A stretch of DNA of 64,000 nucleotides, from positions 372,001 through 436,000 of the forward strand of contig AP026145.1 of assembly GCA_030295235.1 (NCBI GenBank), in the 5' to 3' direction. Position 1 is the first letter of the stretch. The number at the start of each line of letters is the position of its first letter. The stretch comes from Fistulifera solaris. Taxonomy: Eukaryota. The translations under genes and the position numbers were made by a program. Under the pieces are notes generated by a model. It was not told the origin of the DNA. It searched no databases and worked only from the letters and a program-made list of their open reading frames with translations. This document shows positions 12,938 to 26,330 of this stretch, piece by piece.

Positions 12938-13388
12938 TATAGAATCGTTACAAGGAAGTGAAATCCTGGCACTATAAAATTCTGTTGTTGTCCTGGAAAA
13001 GTACTACTAACAAAGACATCATGCGGCAAAAGACCGCTTATAGTGGTTGTGCCTCTATAAACCTCGGACCTCGGACGCCTTTTTCAAAACGAGAAACCGC
13101 AAGCATTTCATTTTCTTACCTATCTAAACAACGTGAACTGATAATCGCGGTACTCCTTACTTAGTGCTAACCGACGCTTACAATAAGTACTGCAGGCCTC
13201 ACTTTTTTCGACAAAAATTGCTCACAAAAAACTGGCCGAGGACTTCGGAACCCATGAATGCGTACAAGATACCCACATTGTTTTTTAATCACTCCTTAGA
13301 TGTTTCATTTGTATAGACGAGCTCTTTCCCGCCATTTAAGGCAAGTCGGAACCCAAGATTGAGACCGAACGTTTCACGCCGATTAATG

Positions 13389-14334
13389 ATGACAATACGT
13401 AACGTGACATACGAGTCGTCACTTCGTGCCCGTCGATTCTATGTCCTTCGCAGCCTCTATTTTGGTATAATGGCGTTTTTACCCTATGTAAAGGGGGAGT
13501 ATTCTTGGTGCATCATCCCATTGTTTCAAAGCACTGCAAAATGCCAACACCAATCAGGACAAAATTCTCACCCGAGACGAATTCAGCACCGTATGGAGTT
13601 CTCTCACCAAACGCTGGTGTTCCGAGGTATCCAGTGAGGTGGATGATGCTTTATTCGAACAATTGTCTTGCTGGTGCATGACATTTGATGTCGGAAAGTT
13701 TGATGCGTGGTGTTGTACAAAGGTGACGTTTGCGGACTCGTGGGCCGGGGTCCGTATGCCCGATGACATGTATCCTAGAGAATATGTGGAATCGTTGTGT
13801 GATCAGATTGAACAACGGATCAAAGAATTGAATTGCACTGACAGCGCCCTATTCAATACACCTCCTCCCAGCCCTTCGACGGGTCCTACTGTTTCGCCTG
13901 TGCTTGTATCGAATAAAGAGAACCCAATGAGAGCCTCCCATGAGGATGGTTTCCTGAGCAAATTAGGAGAGAGTTTGCTTTTAGCTCTGTGTGCTTTCTT
14001 GTTCGTTGCACTGGTGGGAGGAATTTACATGTGGAGGAGTAAACGATATTGGAACTTGAATGACGAAAATGAGTCAATGGCGACGAAACCAGTGCAGTCT
14101 GGCAATTCTAAACATTCTGTCGAATCGGAGCTATCGGAACAACGTGTTCTTGATGACGCTGGACATAATGACCTAATGAAGACAAAACATCATCTCTTAG
14201 AACAAGTCAGCCCGAAAAGATCGCGAGCGGAGTGCTCGGATGAAATGTGTTGCAATAAGGAACAGTTTGTTGAAGAGAGAAAACGGACAGATCAATCAGC
14301 AACCTCGGATGTGGACCCACCATTTTTCATCTGA
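13389..14334 (+). CDS. Type I membrane protein, head-to-head paralog of 11886-12937 (frameshift ~13540)
   Basis: Hydrophobic leader, then ANTNQDKILTRDEF, FEQLSCWC, FDAWCC, YPREYVESLC, a Pro-rich linker and TM LLLALCAFLFVALVGGIYMW. Confidence 0.7.
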
Positions 14335-14957
14335 ACAACATTGAGTTTCGGTGACCAGGATCTTCGGTATCTTACCTGGTAGAGCGTGATTGGGTTTTCA
14401 TAATTGGACTGCTTTCATCGCCTCATTGTTGCTCTGGTTCTACCAGATCCATTGCAATGCCCACACAAGACTAAAATCAATAGAGAATATTCTATTTGAT
14501 GATGATGATATCGGTGTTCCTGGTAATGAAGTTTGAGTTATATAGAATGCTTAGTCTAGAAAAGGCAATGTAGGTAACAAGTGCCGGGACTGTGTCTAAG
14601 TTGAGTCACCAGTCACAATTTGTGGACAAAACACTTTAGTATATAGTACTTAGTGAACGGACTTCAAACAACATAGAGACTGTACTAAATTTCTAAATCC
14701 AACGGCTAGAATCGAATTTTCTAAACCATCTTTAGGACCGGTACGACTTATTCCGGAGGGAGACGTTGAGACGATGCGATCATGCCGGCGATATGACATC
14801 CTTCCTGCGTTCAACCGTTCCTCGTCCCCTTCACCAAAACCAACGATAGCCACTCTAGAATGTTTATCGTCTCAACATAGGCATTGGAGGACAAATACAA
14901 TCAATCTACTTGCTTTACTAAGAAGCTTGCTCATTGCGGGTTGCGTTTTTGTTACAG

Positions 14958-17900
14958 ATGGATCCGGCGTTTAACCGTCCTTGGCGGGATGACAACGATA
15001 AACTACCTTCTCGTTATGGTCGATCGCGCTCGAAAGAGGATGTAGAGCAAAGCTATAGTGACTCGAAAAGCAATCGAAGAGCAGGAATAATTAACGAAGC
15101 CGTGGTGGATGGTGTACAATCTTCTTTTTCTGGATCGTTTTCCGGCGACAGTTCTCGGGAGAAAAAATCTTCTTCATCATCATCACGAAGAAAAGAAAAA
15201 GAGTTGCCAGAAGACAGAAAAATGAGAGTGTCATCCCGGAAAGATCGCGGTGATGATTTCGAAAGAAGGCACTCTTTGAAGCGACGAAATTCAGACAAGA
15301 AATCACAATCGTCGACAGAGGCAAAGATGTATACCGAAAAGACGTCTCTTCCGGGCCTCGGTCGGTCACACAAAAACTACGATGGTTCCGCCAATCTTTC
15401 CGATCGTGAAGAGCGTAGACGGCATCGTGGAAGTCGCCAAGATTTGTGGTCCGATCCGCCTCCGAAGTCACGCAGCGAAGCCATATCACATCGAGTTTCG
15501 TCGGAAGGTCGAAGCAGTCGCAACCCTATTCAAACAGAGGTAGATTTAGAACCCTATCGCCAACAATCTCAGCTTCATGTACGGGATCGGACTTCATTAA
15601 AGGTATCGGAGACAGCCGATTCACTTCGAACCATGAATTTAGATATTTACTCCGAAGTGAATCGACCCAAAGCCATGGAAGTGGGATCCGATCGCACAAC
15701 AGCGGAATCATCTCGTGAACTTCGGACTCGCCGTCTATTGGAGCAGCAACGAGAACGTCGTAATTCAAAGCAGGCACAGGTGGATACTTCGATACTCAAC
15801 CCAAGCCCCACGCATTTCCCGGCAAGCTCGCCCGCGGTGGAGAAATACTTGTCACGAAAGAATATGATGGATGGTATACAGTCCCGCGCTGAGACAGGAC
15901 GTTCCGGCAGCGGCTCCGATGATGATGAGAGGCTTCAATCTTTGCGGAGATCATCTTCTTTAACGAAAGCTTCACCGCGAGATTTTCTGATGGCGGCTCG
16001 TTCTTCGCAAAAGGCTACGACTACTACAGAATCAACCATGCAAAACACACAAAAAGCACCATCTTCAGGCAATGGATCTCCCGCGAATATTGTAAGAAGT
16101 TCTCAAGAGGCCAACGACGAAATCAATAAAACACTAAGTTCAGCGGTGAAAGGCTGGTCGACGTTTAACAGCCGACTTCGGCGTGCGGTCTCCCTAACGC
16201 GGGGCATTGTGACGCCGCTCTCCAAAGTGGATCAGTATTTAGCAAATCGGCACCAACAGAAACAGCAAACAGCGGACGAAAGTAAAGCCAGTCAATTCAT
16301 TCGCGTTCCTAGCTTTGATACAGATGCGTATTTAGATGGGTTGCAGCCGTCTTCGGAGAGTGGCGAAGATGAGGAAGAAGATGAAAAGGCTTTTATTGAA
16401 AGTTCAGATGATGAAGTGAAGGACGCTGCTACCTGGAGTGTCCGTGTCTGCGTTATTTCTGCTGTGGATTTGCCCGCAAGTGTCATCCCTTCGCTGCCTC
16501 TTAGCCCTGTATTAAAACTCGGGTTGGTGTCTATCCCTGGAACTCAAGATAAGAAAGCTGGTCATCTTGAATTATCGAAGAAAGTGGATAGTGACGGACT
16601 GGCTTCGTTTCCGAGGACCAAAATACGGTGCACCAGTTCCAGAGCCTTGTCACAGCGAGACAATGGCTCCGCTGAATTTCACGAGGAGATGCGATGGGAC
16701 AACGTTCGACGACCTCATCAAATGGCGCTGGCTGTCGAACTTGCATCTCGAGCTGTTTTGACGCCCGCAAATGCTCGTGAAAGTCCCGCGCACGTTGATA
16801 CTTCGTCATCAGGTCGTCCTGCGGGTCCTAGTACTGCTCTTCGCTTCGGTGCTATGTTCCGCAAGCAACAGAAGAAAGGTTCTAACAGTGAGATGGAGCA
16901 AGCTAACGCAGCAGCGGCTCTCGCCAAACTTCTTGTCGAGGATAATGCTCCGGCAGTCACATCATCAGCAGGCGAGCAATCTTCTGAATCACATGAACGT
17001 GGGCCATTGTTCGACTCGCACCCAGCGGTTATGAGGAGTTTAGCAGCAAGTCAGAATGAGGTCGATGTTCAACTTAATCCTCGTAATCGCCAGCGAAGGC
17101 GCACGCGGGTTACAGAGGATTTAAGACTGGGGTCTAGAATAATACCACTGGAAAGCCTAGACTTACGACAGGCTATCAAATCCGGCTTCGTGCGTGTAGA
17201 GCAGTGGATAGAGCTAGACGCGAGCCTGGACACAAATGCGCCGGACTTCGGTAGCCCGCGGCAAAGTTCGTCGAGTAAGCGAAGTCCAAGTGTACTATTG
17301 GAAGTAACTGTTGCGAGACGAGAGGTCCTCGATGATAGTGAGGATGAAATGGAACAGGAAGAGACAGAAGCAGCTTCAATACGCCGCTCATACTCCAAGC
17401 GCGCATCCCTTATCGTAAAAAATCAGCTAAAACGTGAAGCTCCTGTAGCTGAGGTGAAATCTTCGGACGACCCTATACTGGAGCCAGGCATTATTGATTT
17501 TGCCTGTGTTATGGGCGCACGCGACATCGGTGACCAAAAATTAGATGATGGTGGTAGAGGATGGGTGAATTCGAATCCTGAATGCGTTATCTTGGATCGA
17601 TTCCCTGCTACGGACGCTTTTCATCAAGATAGGGGACGCAAAGCTACCTTAGCGGAAAAAATAGAATGGTTTTGTTTTCCCGAGGGAATTAGATTGTGGC
17701 GAGGTACAACTCCTCCAAATGCGGAAGAAATGAATTTGAAGCGTTTCTCTTCTTTGTCTCCTGGATCTACGTCGTCCTCCACAGCCCTTTTCGACGCCTA
17801 TCTTGGATGCACTACATCGTTCTCGTGGTTTGTCATTGCTTCAAACTCAGATGAATATGGTTCAGAACTTGTAAAAACATACGGTGCTGTCATTCGCTTT

Positions 17901-20900
17901 TATGTGCCCGCCCCGATCGGCATAGATCCAAAGCAAGATGATTTTGCTCAATTTATTACAGACGATAAAAGTCAGCGATCAGATCTTGTTGAGCGAAAGC
18001 GTCTTTGGGTTCCCCCTGGCAATTTGCTTGACATCGAGTCTGCCCATCGTCGGAATAATGGAAGCGATGCTGTTGCGGCTCTGTGATGCTTTGTCTATCA
18101 GTGGCATTCCCGAGGATCTTTCATCGTCTGGTATAATGAAAGAGGTTGCGCAGGTTGTTGTGAACTTTCACAGGCCAATTCAAGGTGTGGTGAACTGCTC
18201 TATACCTTTTCTGTCCGGAGACCCATTTCACGTGGCGCTTCCACCAAGCCAAGGTTTGCCTTCGTTGCCACATGGGAATGCAATATCGACGGTTTGCCGC
18301 CTGCTTGGAGCAGATGGTCTCAACACTTTATTAGCTGCTTTGCTGACTGAAAGCAAAATTCTGTTGCACTCAGATGATGTTGCTAATCTTTGCTTGGTCG
18401 CTGAGGTAGTCACTGCGCTAATTTACCCCTTCCAGTGGTCTCTACCTTACGTGCCTGTTCTGCCAGCTGCGATGATGGAGTTTATCGAAGCCCCAATGCC
18501 CTATTTGCTGGGAATTCCGTCATGCAACATGAAGCACATTGATCCTAGTGTTCTGGAGGACGTTGTCGTTGTAAATATAGACCAAGGCTTAGGTGACTTT
18601 TCGGAAAGCGAGCAGGGCAGAAAACAGATGTCTAAAACACCAACACCACTTCCACTCCCTGTCGCCGTCAGCATTGAGAGAGCAGTAAGCAAAGTGTTTC
18701 GCGCAGGCGAGGATGCAGAAGCATTGAATGACGATAGCCGAGTGACTGGGGTCCAAACTTTTCCGCGGATGGAACCCGAAAGTGTCATAGAAAGAGAGTT
18801 TCGACTTTCTGTTGCCATTGATATTTGCGGTCTTACACGGGGCTTGGAAGAATGTTTAGTCTATGCCTCGTCTTCCCAGCCGGTCTTTAATGTCGACAAG
18901 TTCTTGCAAACCGCACCTGCAATGTACGAGGAGCAGCGTGGCTATAGCTCTAAGCTTCACTTTAGAGGAGAGCCTTCTACTCAAAAAGTTGTTTCGCCCA
19001 TGTCAAGGAAATTCTTGTCCACTTTTGTCAACTGCCAACATTTTCATCAATTTCTTGAATTAGTCAACGACGACCGCCTTGCTTTATTCCACGATATCAT
19101 GGAAGTTTGGAAAACAGGAAGGTCACAAAAGACACTATCTTCCAGCCACTTGAATACGATGCTGTTATTTCCCGTTTATCGAAAACCTTGAAGAAACGGG
19201 AGGAAAAAATACCAACTTTTCGTATTCTGAAAAATGTAGATGATAAGAATGAACCAGAACCGAAGTCGGGAACCAAACGTTTTCCATTTGATTTGCTACA
19301 TCACCTTGTTGCTGACGATGCGTCTGCGAATGACGATAACCTTCCTCTGTCGGTCGGCGTCAAACAGGTATCCGTTGCTTACCTTGTCGAACTGGAAAAG
19401 AATCCCTGGCGCTACCGTTCGCTTTTCAGCATAGACACTGAAGATCCAGCGGTGGCCAGGACACTTGTGATTTCGGAGAAAATTAAGCTGCGAGACGCAA
19501 TTGGTGAGCGCCGTTTCCAGGCATGGCAGATGTCGAAAGAAGACGATAGCTTTAGCATGCTTTCAGAAGAGCCGGGAAATGCTTTTTCGTCTGAACCACT
19601 CGATCTGAAAAGTCTTCTACAATACGCCGACTCATCGATTGAGAAAGTTATTGGCACATCTGAAGACAGTCAGAAGAGAAACGTCGTTGAAGATGCCAGA
19701 AGCAGAGACGCCATTCGGAGATGTCTTCAAGATCTCGCTCTTTCCACTGGATCCACCGCGGAGCATAAGATATTCAATGAGAGTCTGGTCAAGCAGGCAG
19801 AAGATGCTATGCGTAACCCTTCTGCTAAAAACTTCTTTCTTAACGTCTTGAGCCAGCGAAAGGGCTCGGATAGCCAGCGAGCGGACTTCAACACAAGACG
19901 CCGCACGACAGTGTTCAACACTGTGTCATTGTCGTCAAAAGTAGAAAATGAAGCATTTGATATTCTGGTGAGGTTGGGGTGCGCTTTGCTTGACGACTGT
20001 GCACAGAGCCGGGACTTTGAAACTGCTGCAGTCCTTTTGAAGCTCACTGCTGGCTTATACACATCAGTCGCGTCCAAAGAAGGTGAAAACGCGGTTGTTT
20101 ATATGACATCTCGTATTGGAGGCCACCATGTGTATGCAGAACTTGGCGTTTGGGAGTCGGTCATGAGATCTCATCTGACTGCTCGTCACGAAACGTTAAA
20201 AGAAGACAAAGCTTCGTCGGGAGAAAGTACTGATGTTGAGGTGGATGAGTATGAGGCAACAATTTCAACGCTATACGAAATGGTTGCGTATGGTATACCG
20301 GCAGAAGAACTAGCAAGGTTTTCTTCTTGGAAAAGCAAGAAAAATGGGTGGTTCAAAAGCGAGAAAGGAATGTCGCTCCTCCTACTCTCAAAGAGACTGA
20401 GTGGCCGCCGGGAGCAGGGCGTGACGACCTCAAGTGGTGCTACCATCAGCGATATCGATTCTTTGGGATTATCAAAACCATATGTGGACAAACGTGTTGG
20501 GAGTCACGACTTCGAGAATATTTCGCTCCACTGGATTGAAACAGGATGGTGCCACCCTGCCGCAAAATCTGCTCGACGACTGGGTGCTTCGGACACACAC
20601 GTGAATGCCAAACGACAAGGGACACAAAATATTCTTAACCTGCTCGACGAGCAGCAAAGTTCACAGCGGCATGAAAAGCGCATGAAACGATCAGCTGTCA
20701 CTGCTATGTCGTATGTTGGTTCTTCCGTGGTTGCAACGGGTGGGCTCGATGGTGGTGTTTTTCTTGCTCGCAGAGTTCGTCTAGACCGTAAAAGCCGTAC
20801 CGTTGACAAGGGTCAGCATGACGAGAAGTGGGATACTTGCCTTGTGAGAGGGATGCATCTTGACTGGGGAAGTTCAGGTAGTCGCTTCGCCTCTGTTGGT

Positions 20901-22253
20901 TCTACAACGGGGGCTGACGGTGAATTTGGCGTTGGGGCTGTTTCCTGCCTTGCCACCACACGCGCTATTTCTCATACCGTTGACTCTCCCACCTCAAAAG
21001 ACACGGCAGAGCCTCCAGACGAGCATGACCTTTTGAGGGAAATGGAAGGATGCCGAGTTATTGCTGGTACAACATGTGGTGATTTGCGTGTCTGGTCGAT
21101 AAAAGATGTATTTTCGGCTGTGTTCTTTGCAAAAGGAAACGAATCAACGAAGTTCGGTGCTAGCGGCAACCAAGGAACTGATTTCGCTGCCGGTAGCTCC
21201 CTTACCCGATTAAAGTTCTCGTTACGAGGAAGGGCTCTTTCTGGGCATCGAGGTGGTGTCTCGTGCGTTGATGTCCCTTCTCCAATATTCAGACCAGATT
21301 CGATAATTACTGGTGGCGCAGATGGGCTCATCAAACTATGGAGCTTAAGGTCGCCCAGTATATCCGGAATTGGGCAGCGCGGAGGAGAAGTGGATCCGAG
21401 TCGCATCGTCCAATCTGCCCTGCCGTCCAGTCCCCGAACAACTGCTGCTCGAAGTGGAGATGCTTTGAGTATACTATCAGGACACGGTGGTCGTATCCTT
21501 TGTGTGAAAACCGCTTGGCATGGCGACCGACTTTTGTCCTGCGGAGCTGATCGCACAGTCAGAGTTTGGGATATATCTGGAAGTGGCGGGCGCTGCATAA
21601 ATACGTTGTCGGGACACTTTGGATGGGTGACCAAAGTCAATCACTGGGGCCCGAATACCATTATATCTGCTTCAACAGATCGCTCTATCGCACTTTGGGA
21701 CACCCGTATTCGAAGCACACCGCTCTTTGCGTTACGACATCATCTGGCGCCAGTGTCCGACATTCTGGTTGGAGCTCGAACAGATCCGATTATTGTGAGT
21801 GCTGGACTGGACGGTCAAGTGGCGGCATGGGATTTTCGAAAGCTCACCGGTAGAACGAACAGCTCTCCTCTTGCGAGTTTGCCTGATAATAAGAAGTCAC
21901 ATCGTTGTCAGGTAATCCGGGATCCCGTCGGGAATTTGAATTTGAGAGATCATGAAAGGCATCGACACGTTGCTGGTACTTTGCTATTAAGCAGAGCATC
22001 GGTTCGAGAAAATATCAATAGTGTTTATTGTCTTGGATCGGAAGGAACCATACGAGAATGGGATACTATGAGCGGAAGAATCCTCTCGGAGCATGTCACT
22101 GGTCATAGTGACGCCATCAGTGGTTTTTGTTCGGTTGGACAAGACGATGCGATGATGGAATCGTCCATCGAAGGTACAAGAAGAGGCTTGGCGACCACCA
22201 CGATCAGCGCATCATGGGATGGAACTGTTCGGTTACGTCGTCTCATTGGATAG
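14958..22253 (+). CDS. Very large C2-like + DENN (uDENN/cDENN/dDENN) + WD40 protein, putative Rab GEF; frameshifts near 18012 and 19150
   Basis: VRVCVISAVDLP (C2-like); FCFPEG; LLTESKILLHS..LIYPFQWSLPYVPVLP..EAPMPYLLG (cDENN); repeated GH...WD motifs at the C-terminus. The three ORFs overlap end to end. Confidence 0.85.
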
Positions 22254-22436
22254 TCAAAGAGTTAGTGCAAATGCGCTCGAACGCATGTAGACTTAGAATG
22301 ATGTAATTTACATGGCAATAAACAGTCAAATTATCTTGAACAGCCAAAAGCTTCTGTTCAGGAGACCAAAAGGAAGTCACTTACCACGTTTGGTCGAGCA
22401 AAAATAATAATGGAGTGAGTAATAATGGCAATTTAT

Positions 22437-23520
22437 CCAATATCCGGGTGCCCCCTTTGTCGATAAATTTCCCTACGAGAGCTACTTGAAGTCGACGTAG
22501 ACATTCGAAGCGTTACATCTTTCGTCTTTTGCGTATTGATGTCATTTGGATGTCAATTATCATTCCATGGCACTGAAATTGTATGCCGGAGAAAGCGATA
22601 ATGGCATTGGTCCACCAATGACCTGAAACCTGTTGTGATCGAAATTGTCGCCTTTCAGTCGCGGTCTCCGTAAACCAACACTTAAGTCCTATAGTGATCC
22701 AAGCAGTCAACGATCCGCAAGCATTTCGAAGGCGTATATCAAGATGATGCGTTTCAAATGAAAATCTTGATCTACATTGACACCCATTAAAGACTGAAAA
22801 ATTAATTTTGCATTTAGATACTAGCATCTGTGGCCAACCTTGTCGCCTTTAAAGAGTTTTTTAAAATCAGCCGTGGTCCCTTAGAATGAACACATTGATC
22901 CTATAATGACCCCTGATGTCAACGATCCGCAAGCATTTTGAAGGCGTAAATCAAGATGCTGCGCTTCAAACGAAAACCTTGATCTACCTTGACACCCATT
23001 ACAGTCTGAAGATTGATTTTACATCATTTGCGGCCCAGCTTGGCGTCGTTTCATTCGTATTCCGAAATTAAAACGTGACTGAAAATCAGTCGTGGTCTCC
23101 TTGAACCAACACATTGATCCTATAGTGACCCCAGCTGCCAACGATCGGCAAGCCGGCAAGCAATTCGGGCGTGAAATCAAGATGCGGCGTTTCAAATAAA
23201 CCGTAATCTACATTGACACCAATAAATGCTTGTATTGTCACGGCGTATCCATATCGGAGAAAGCGATGACGGTAGACTGTGAATAAAATCCGTACCCCCC
23301 CTCGGTCGATAAAATTTCCCTACTAGCTGGAGCAACGTGAAATCTACGTAGACGTTCGAAGTGCTGCATCTTTCATGCTTTTCACCTATTGAAGTCAATA
23401 TTTGATGCCAACTATCGTTTACTGGCACGGATTACTCTTGTCGAAGAGAGCGATGATGGTATTGGTGCTCCATAGACCTGAAAAATGGTGTGGTCGAAGT
23501 ATCACAATATCCGGGTACCC
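22437..23520 (-). repeat. Degenerate composite repeat cluster: family A unit, about three family B units, then another A unit; inverted relative to the 60.3-63.1 kb arrays
   Basis: 22440 atatccgggtgccccctttgtcgataaatttccctacgagagc... is the reverse complement of the 219-bp unit. The three ~210-bp units at ~22650, ~22865 and ~23075 align with the reverse complement of the 226-bp unit. Confidence 0.8.
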
Positions 23521-23639
23521 CATCGATGCGGAGTAAACTCGTAACACTACTGTACTTTTTGATTGGCTGTTTTTGCGTTGCGTACCTTGTTCCTCATTAT
23601 TTGAAAGTTTTTGGTTCGTTCGTCTCAATGCCGCAATAA

Positions 23640-24263
23640 TGGGAAAGAGATCAAATGGATTGTATTTAGCATTACGACACATTTACGAGGGTAAATGGAG
23701 AAGGCCGGCGTTCGAATTGGGTCACCAGCTCTTTTGGAGTGCTCTATTACCCGTCCTGCTCGTGACAACGACTCTTTTCTTCGTATTACGCTTTTATTTA
23801 TGGATTCGTTTACGATGGTTCGCATCGGCACGTGAATTGCATCATGAAGCGCTCTGTGCGTATCAGCAACAGTCGACCAAGAAATCGACACGCAAAGTGC
23901 ACAATCTACTGCATCGGGCCATTCAACGAGACCCCACCTACCAGCCGGCCTATTTGTCGCTCGCGGCGAGCTTTTTGTACCCAGTTAACTATCCTTCGAC
24001 ACGACGAGATCCCGATCAAGCACTGCGAGTACTCGAGCAGTGTCGTAGGAATACTAAAGGAGGAGACGATATCATCCGGGCTCGAATTGGATTGTCAGGT
24101 TGTACAATCCGGTCAGGATCACATGATACTGGATGCTTTGCGACAGAGTGCCTGCCTGAATAGGGCTTTTGCGAAGAAACAAGATGAAAAAGTAGCGTCA
24201 CACGGGGACGGCCCCACTATTGATACAAACGAATCATCACAAGAAAGCAAAAAGGACAGGTAG
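23640..24263 (+). CDS. Hypothetical membrane-anchored TPR-like protein (frameshift ~24060)
   Basis: N-terminal TM, then LLHRAIQRDPTYQPAYLSLAA (TPR-like). Confidence 0.5.
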
Positions 24264-24444
24264 TCATTGAGCTTATCATCGCTTATCGCTTGTTATTCGT
24301 ACATTTTAGAATTACTTTACTATTCCGTAGACTATTTATCATTCATAGTAATCAGGATCATGGTAACGACGATACCAGGACGAGTACGAGCTCATATCGC
24401 GTTGCGGCGACTGACCCTGCAGGCGACCCAGATTCTGGAATCCA

Positions 24445-25296
24445 TCATTCAATTTCGTCGTTTTCGTCGTACCTTCCCACGGGTTGACGGCAATTGGGAC
24501 ACGTGGGATGACTGCGCTGCTGTTGCAACCAGTGGCGGATGCACTTGGCATGAAAATTGGCCCCACATTGGGTGCGACAGTGCAGGTTATCGGCCGCCGC
24601 CTCCAAGACATCAAAGCAAATCGGACAGTCTTCTTGATCCTGTCGACAGGCGACTTGGGGAGCAGGACCCCGCTGTAGCTTGGCTGTATTCGTTTCGTAC
24701 GACCGACTTGGCCAGGACCGCTCCGCTGACTTGCTGGAATCGTTAAGCCATACAGGCATACATCTCTTCCAATTCTGTCTTGATCCAAGCTTGTTGATAC
24801 ACCAGCGGTGACGACGACGGAATCGCCATGACTTTGAGTAACACAAAAGAATGTGTTTGCATAGATTGCCTTTGGCATGATCCGGGCAACTGCAATGCGG
24901 AGTGCGTTGAATCGTGACGTCGTAGACATTACCCGTCGATCCCAAGACGACAAACGCATTACGACAAGTCATCTTGAACGTCCGATTTCGTCACCAAGTA
25001 CATGGACTGTGAAAGGGCGATCAATGCGCTGTTGAACGTTTTTGGGAGGATTGCTTCGATAGCGCTTGCTGCGCTTCTCCGGTTTTCCGGTGTCCTTGAA
25101 TGCGGCGGCCGAGGGTGTAGCCCCGTTCGACTGTTGCATGCTCACGTATCGCTCTCGGAGCGTGTCCGTAGAACCCGTCGCGGGTAACTTGAACGCTTTC
25201 AAAGCCGCTTGGAGTTCGGCACGAGACAACGTGAAAGGATCTGCTGTCATTGTAATTGACGCTGACGGCTTTGACTTGCTTGACTTGCGCCGACAT
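24445..25296 (-). CDS. SAP-like + SWIM zinc finger + RING-H2 protein (multiple frameshifts)
   Basis: LSRAELQAALKAFKLPATGSTDTLRERY (SAP-like); FVVLGSTGNVYDV..CSCPD..CKHI (SWIM); CPICF..C..CG.NFH.KCI..W..CPNCR (RING). Confidence 0.8.
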
Positions 25297-25471
25297 TTCG
25301 CGAAATGATTTGTGAGTGTATCTACAAGTCAGTCGAAAACAAGGAACCCAGCCAAGCAGCGCCTTTCAAATGCTTATGTTCAGCCGAATGATACAGGGTA
25401 ATGAATGAAAGAGACAAAGATGTTTGTGTGTTATTCCCTCAAAAGGTGAAACGAAAACAGCTTCAGCGTAA

Positions 25472-26116
<645 letters not shown>

Positions 26117-26330
26117 TAAAAATAACGCCGGCGACCGGCGACGAAAGCCACGACGAGAGACGCGGCGCGGCGAAGTCGATTGACCAAGACCACTGCGACA
26201 GAGAACTATTTCCTGCGTGATGTGGCGCTATAAAAACAATAACTTCGGCTATTGCTGCGAAAAGCGCAAGCTACAACTCCACAATAACTCTTCTTTCTCT
26301 TGATACACTCTCTTTATTATTATATCACTA

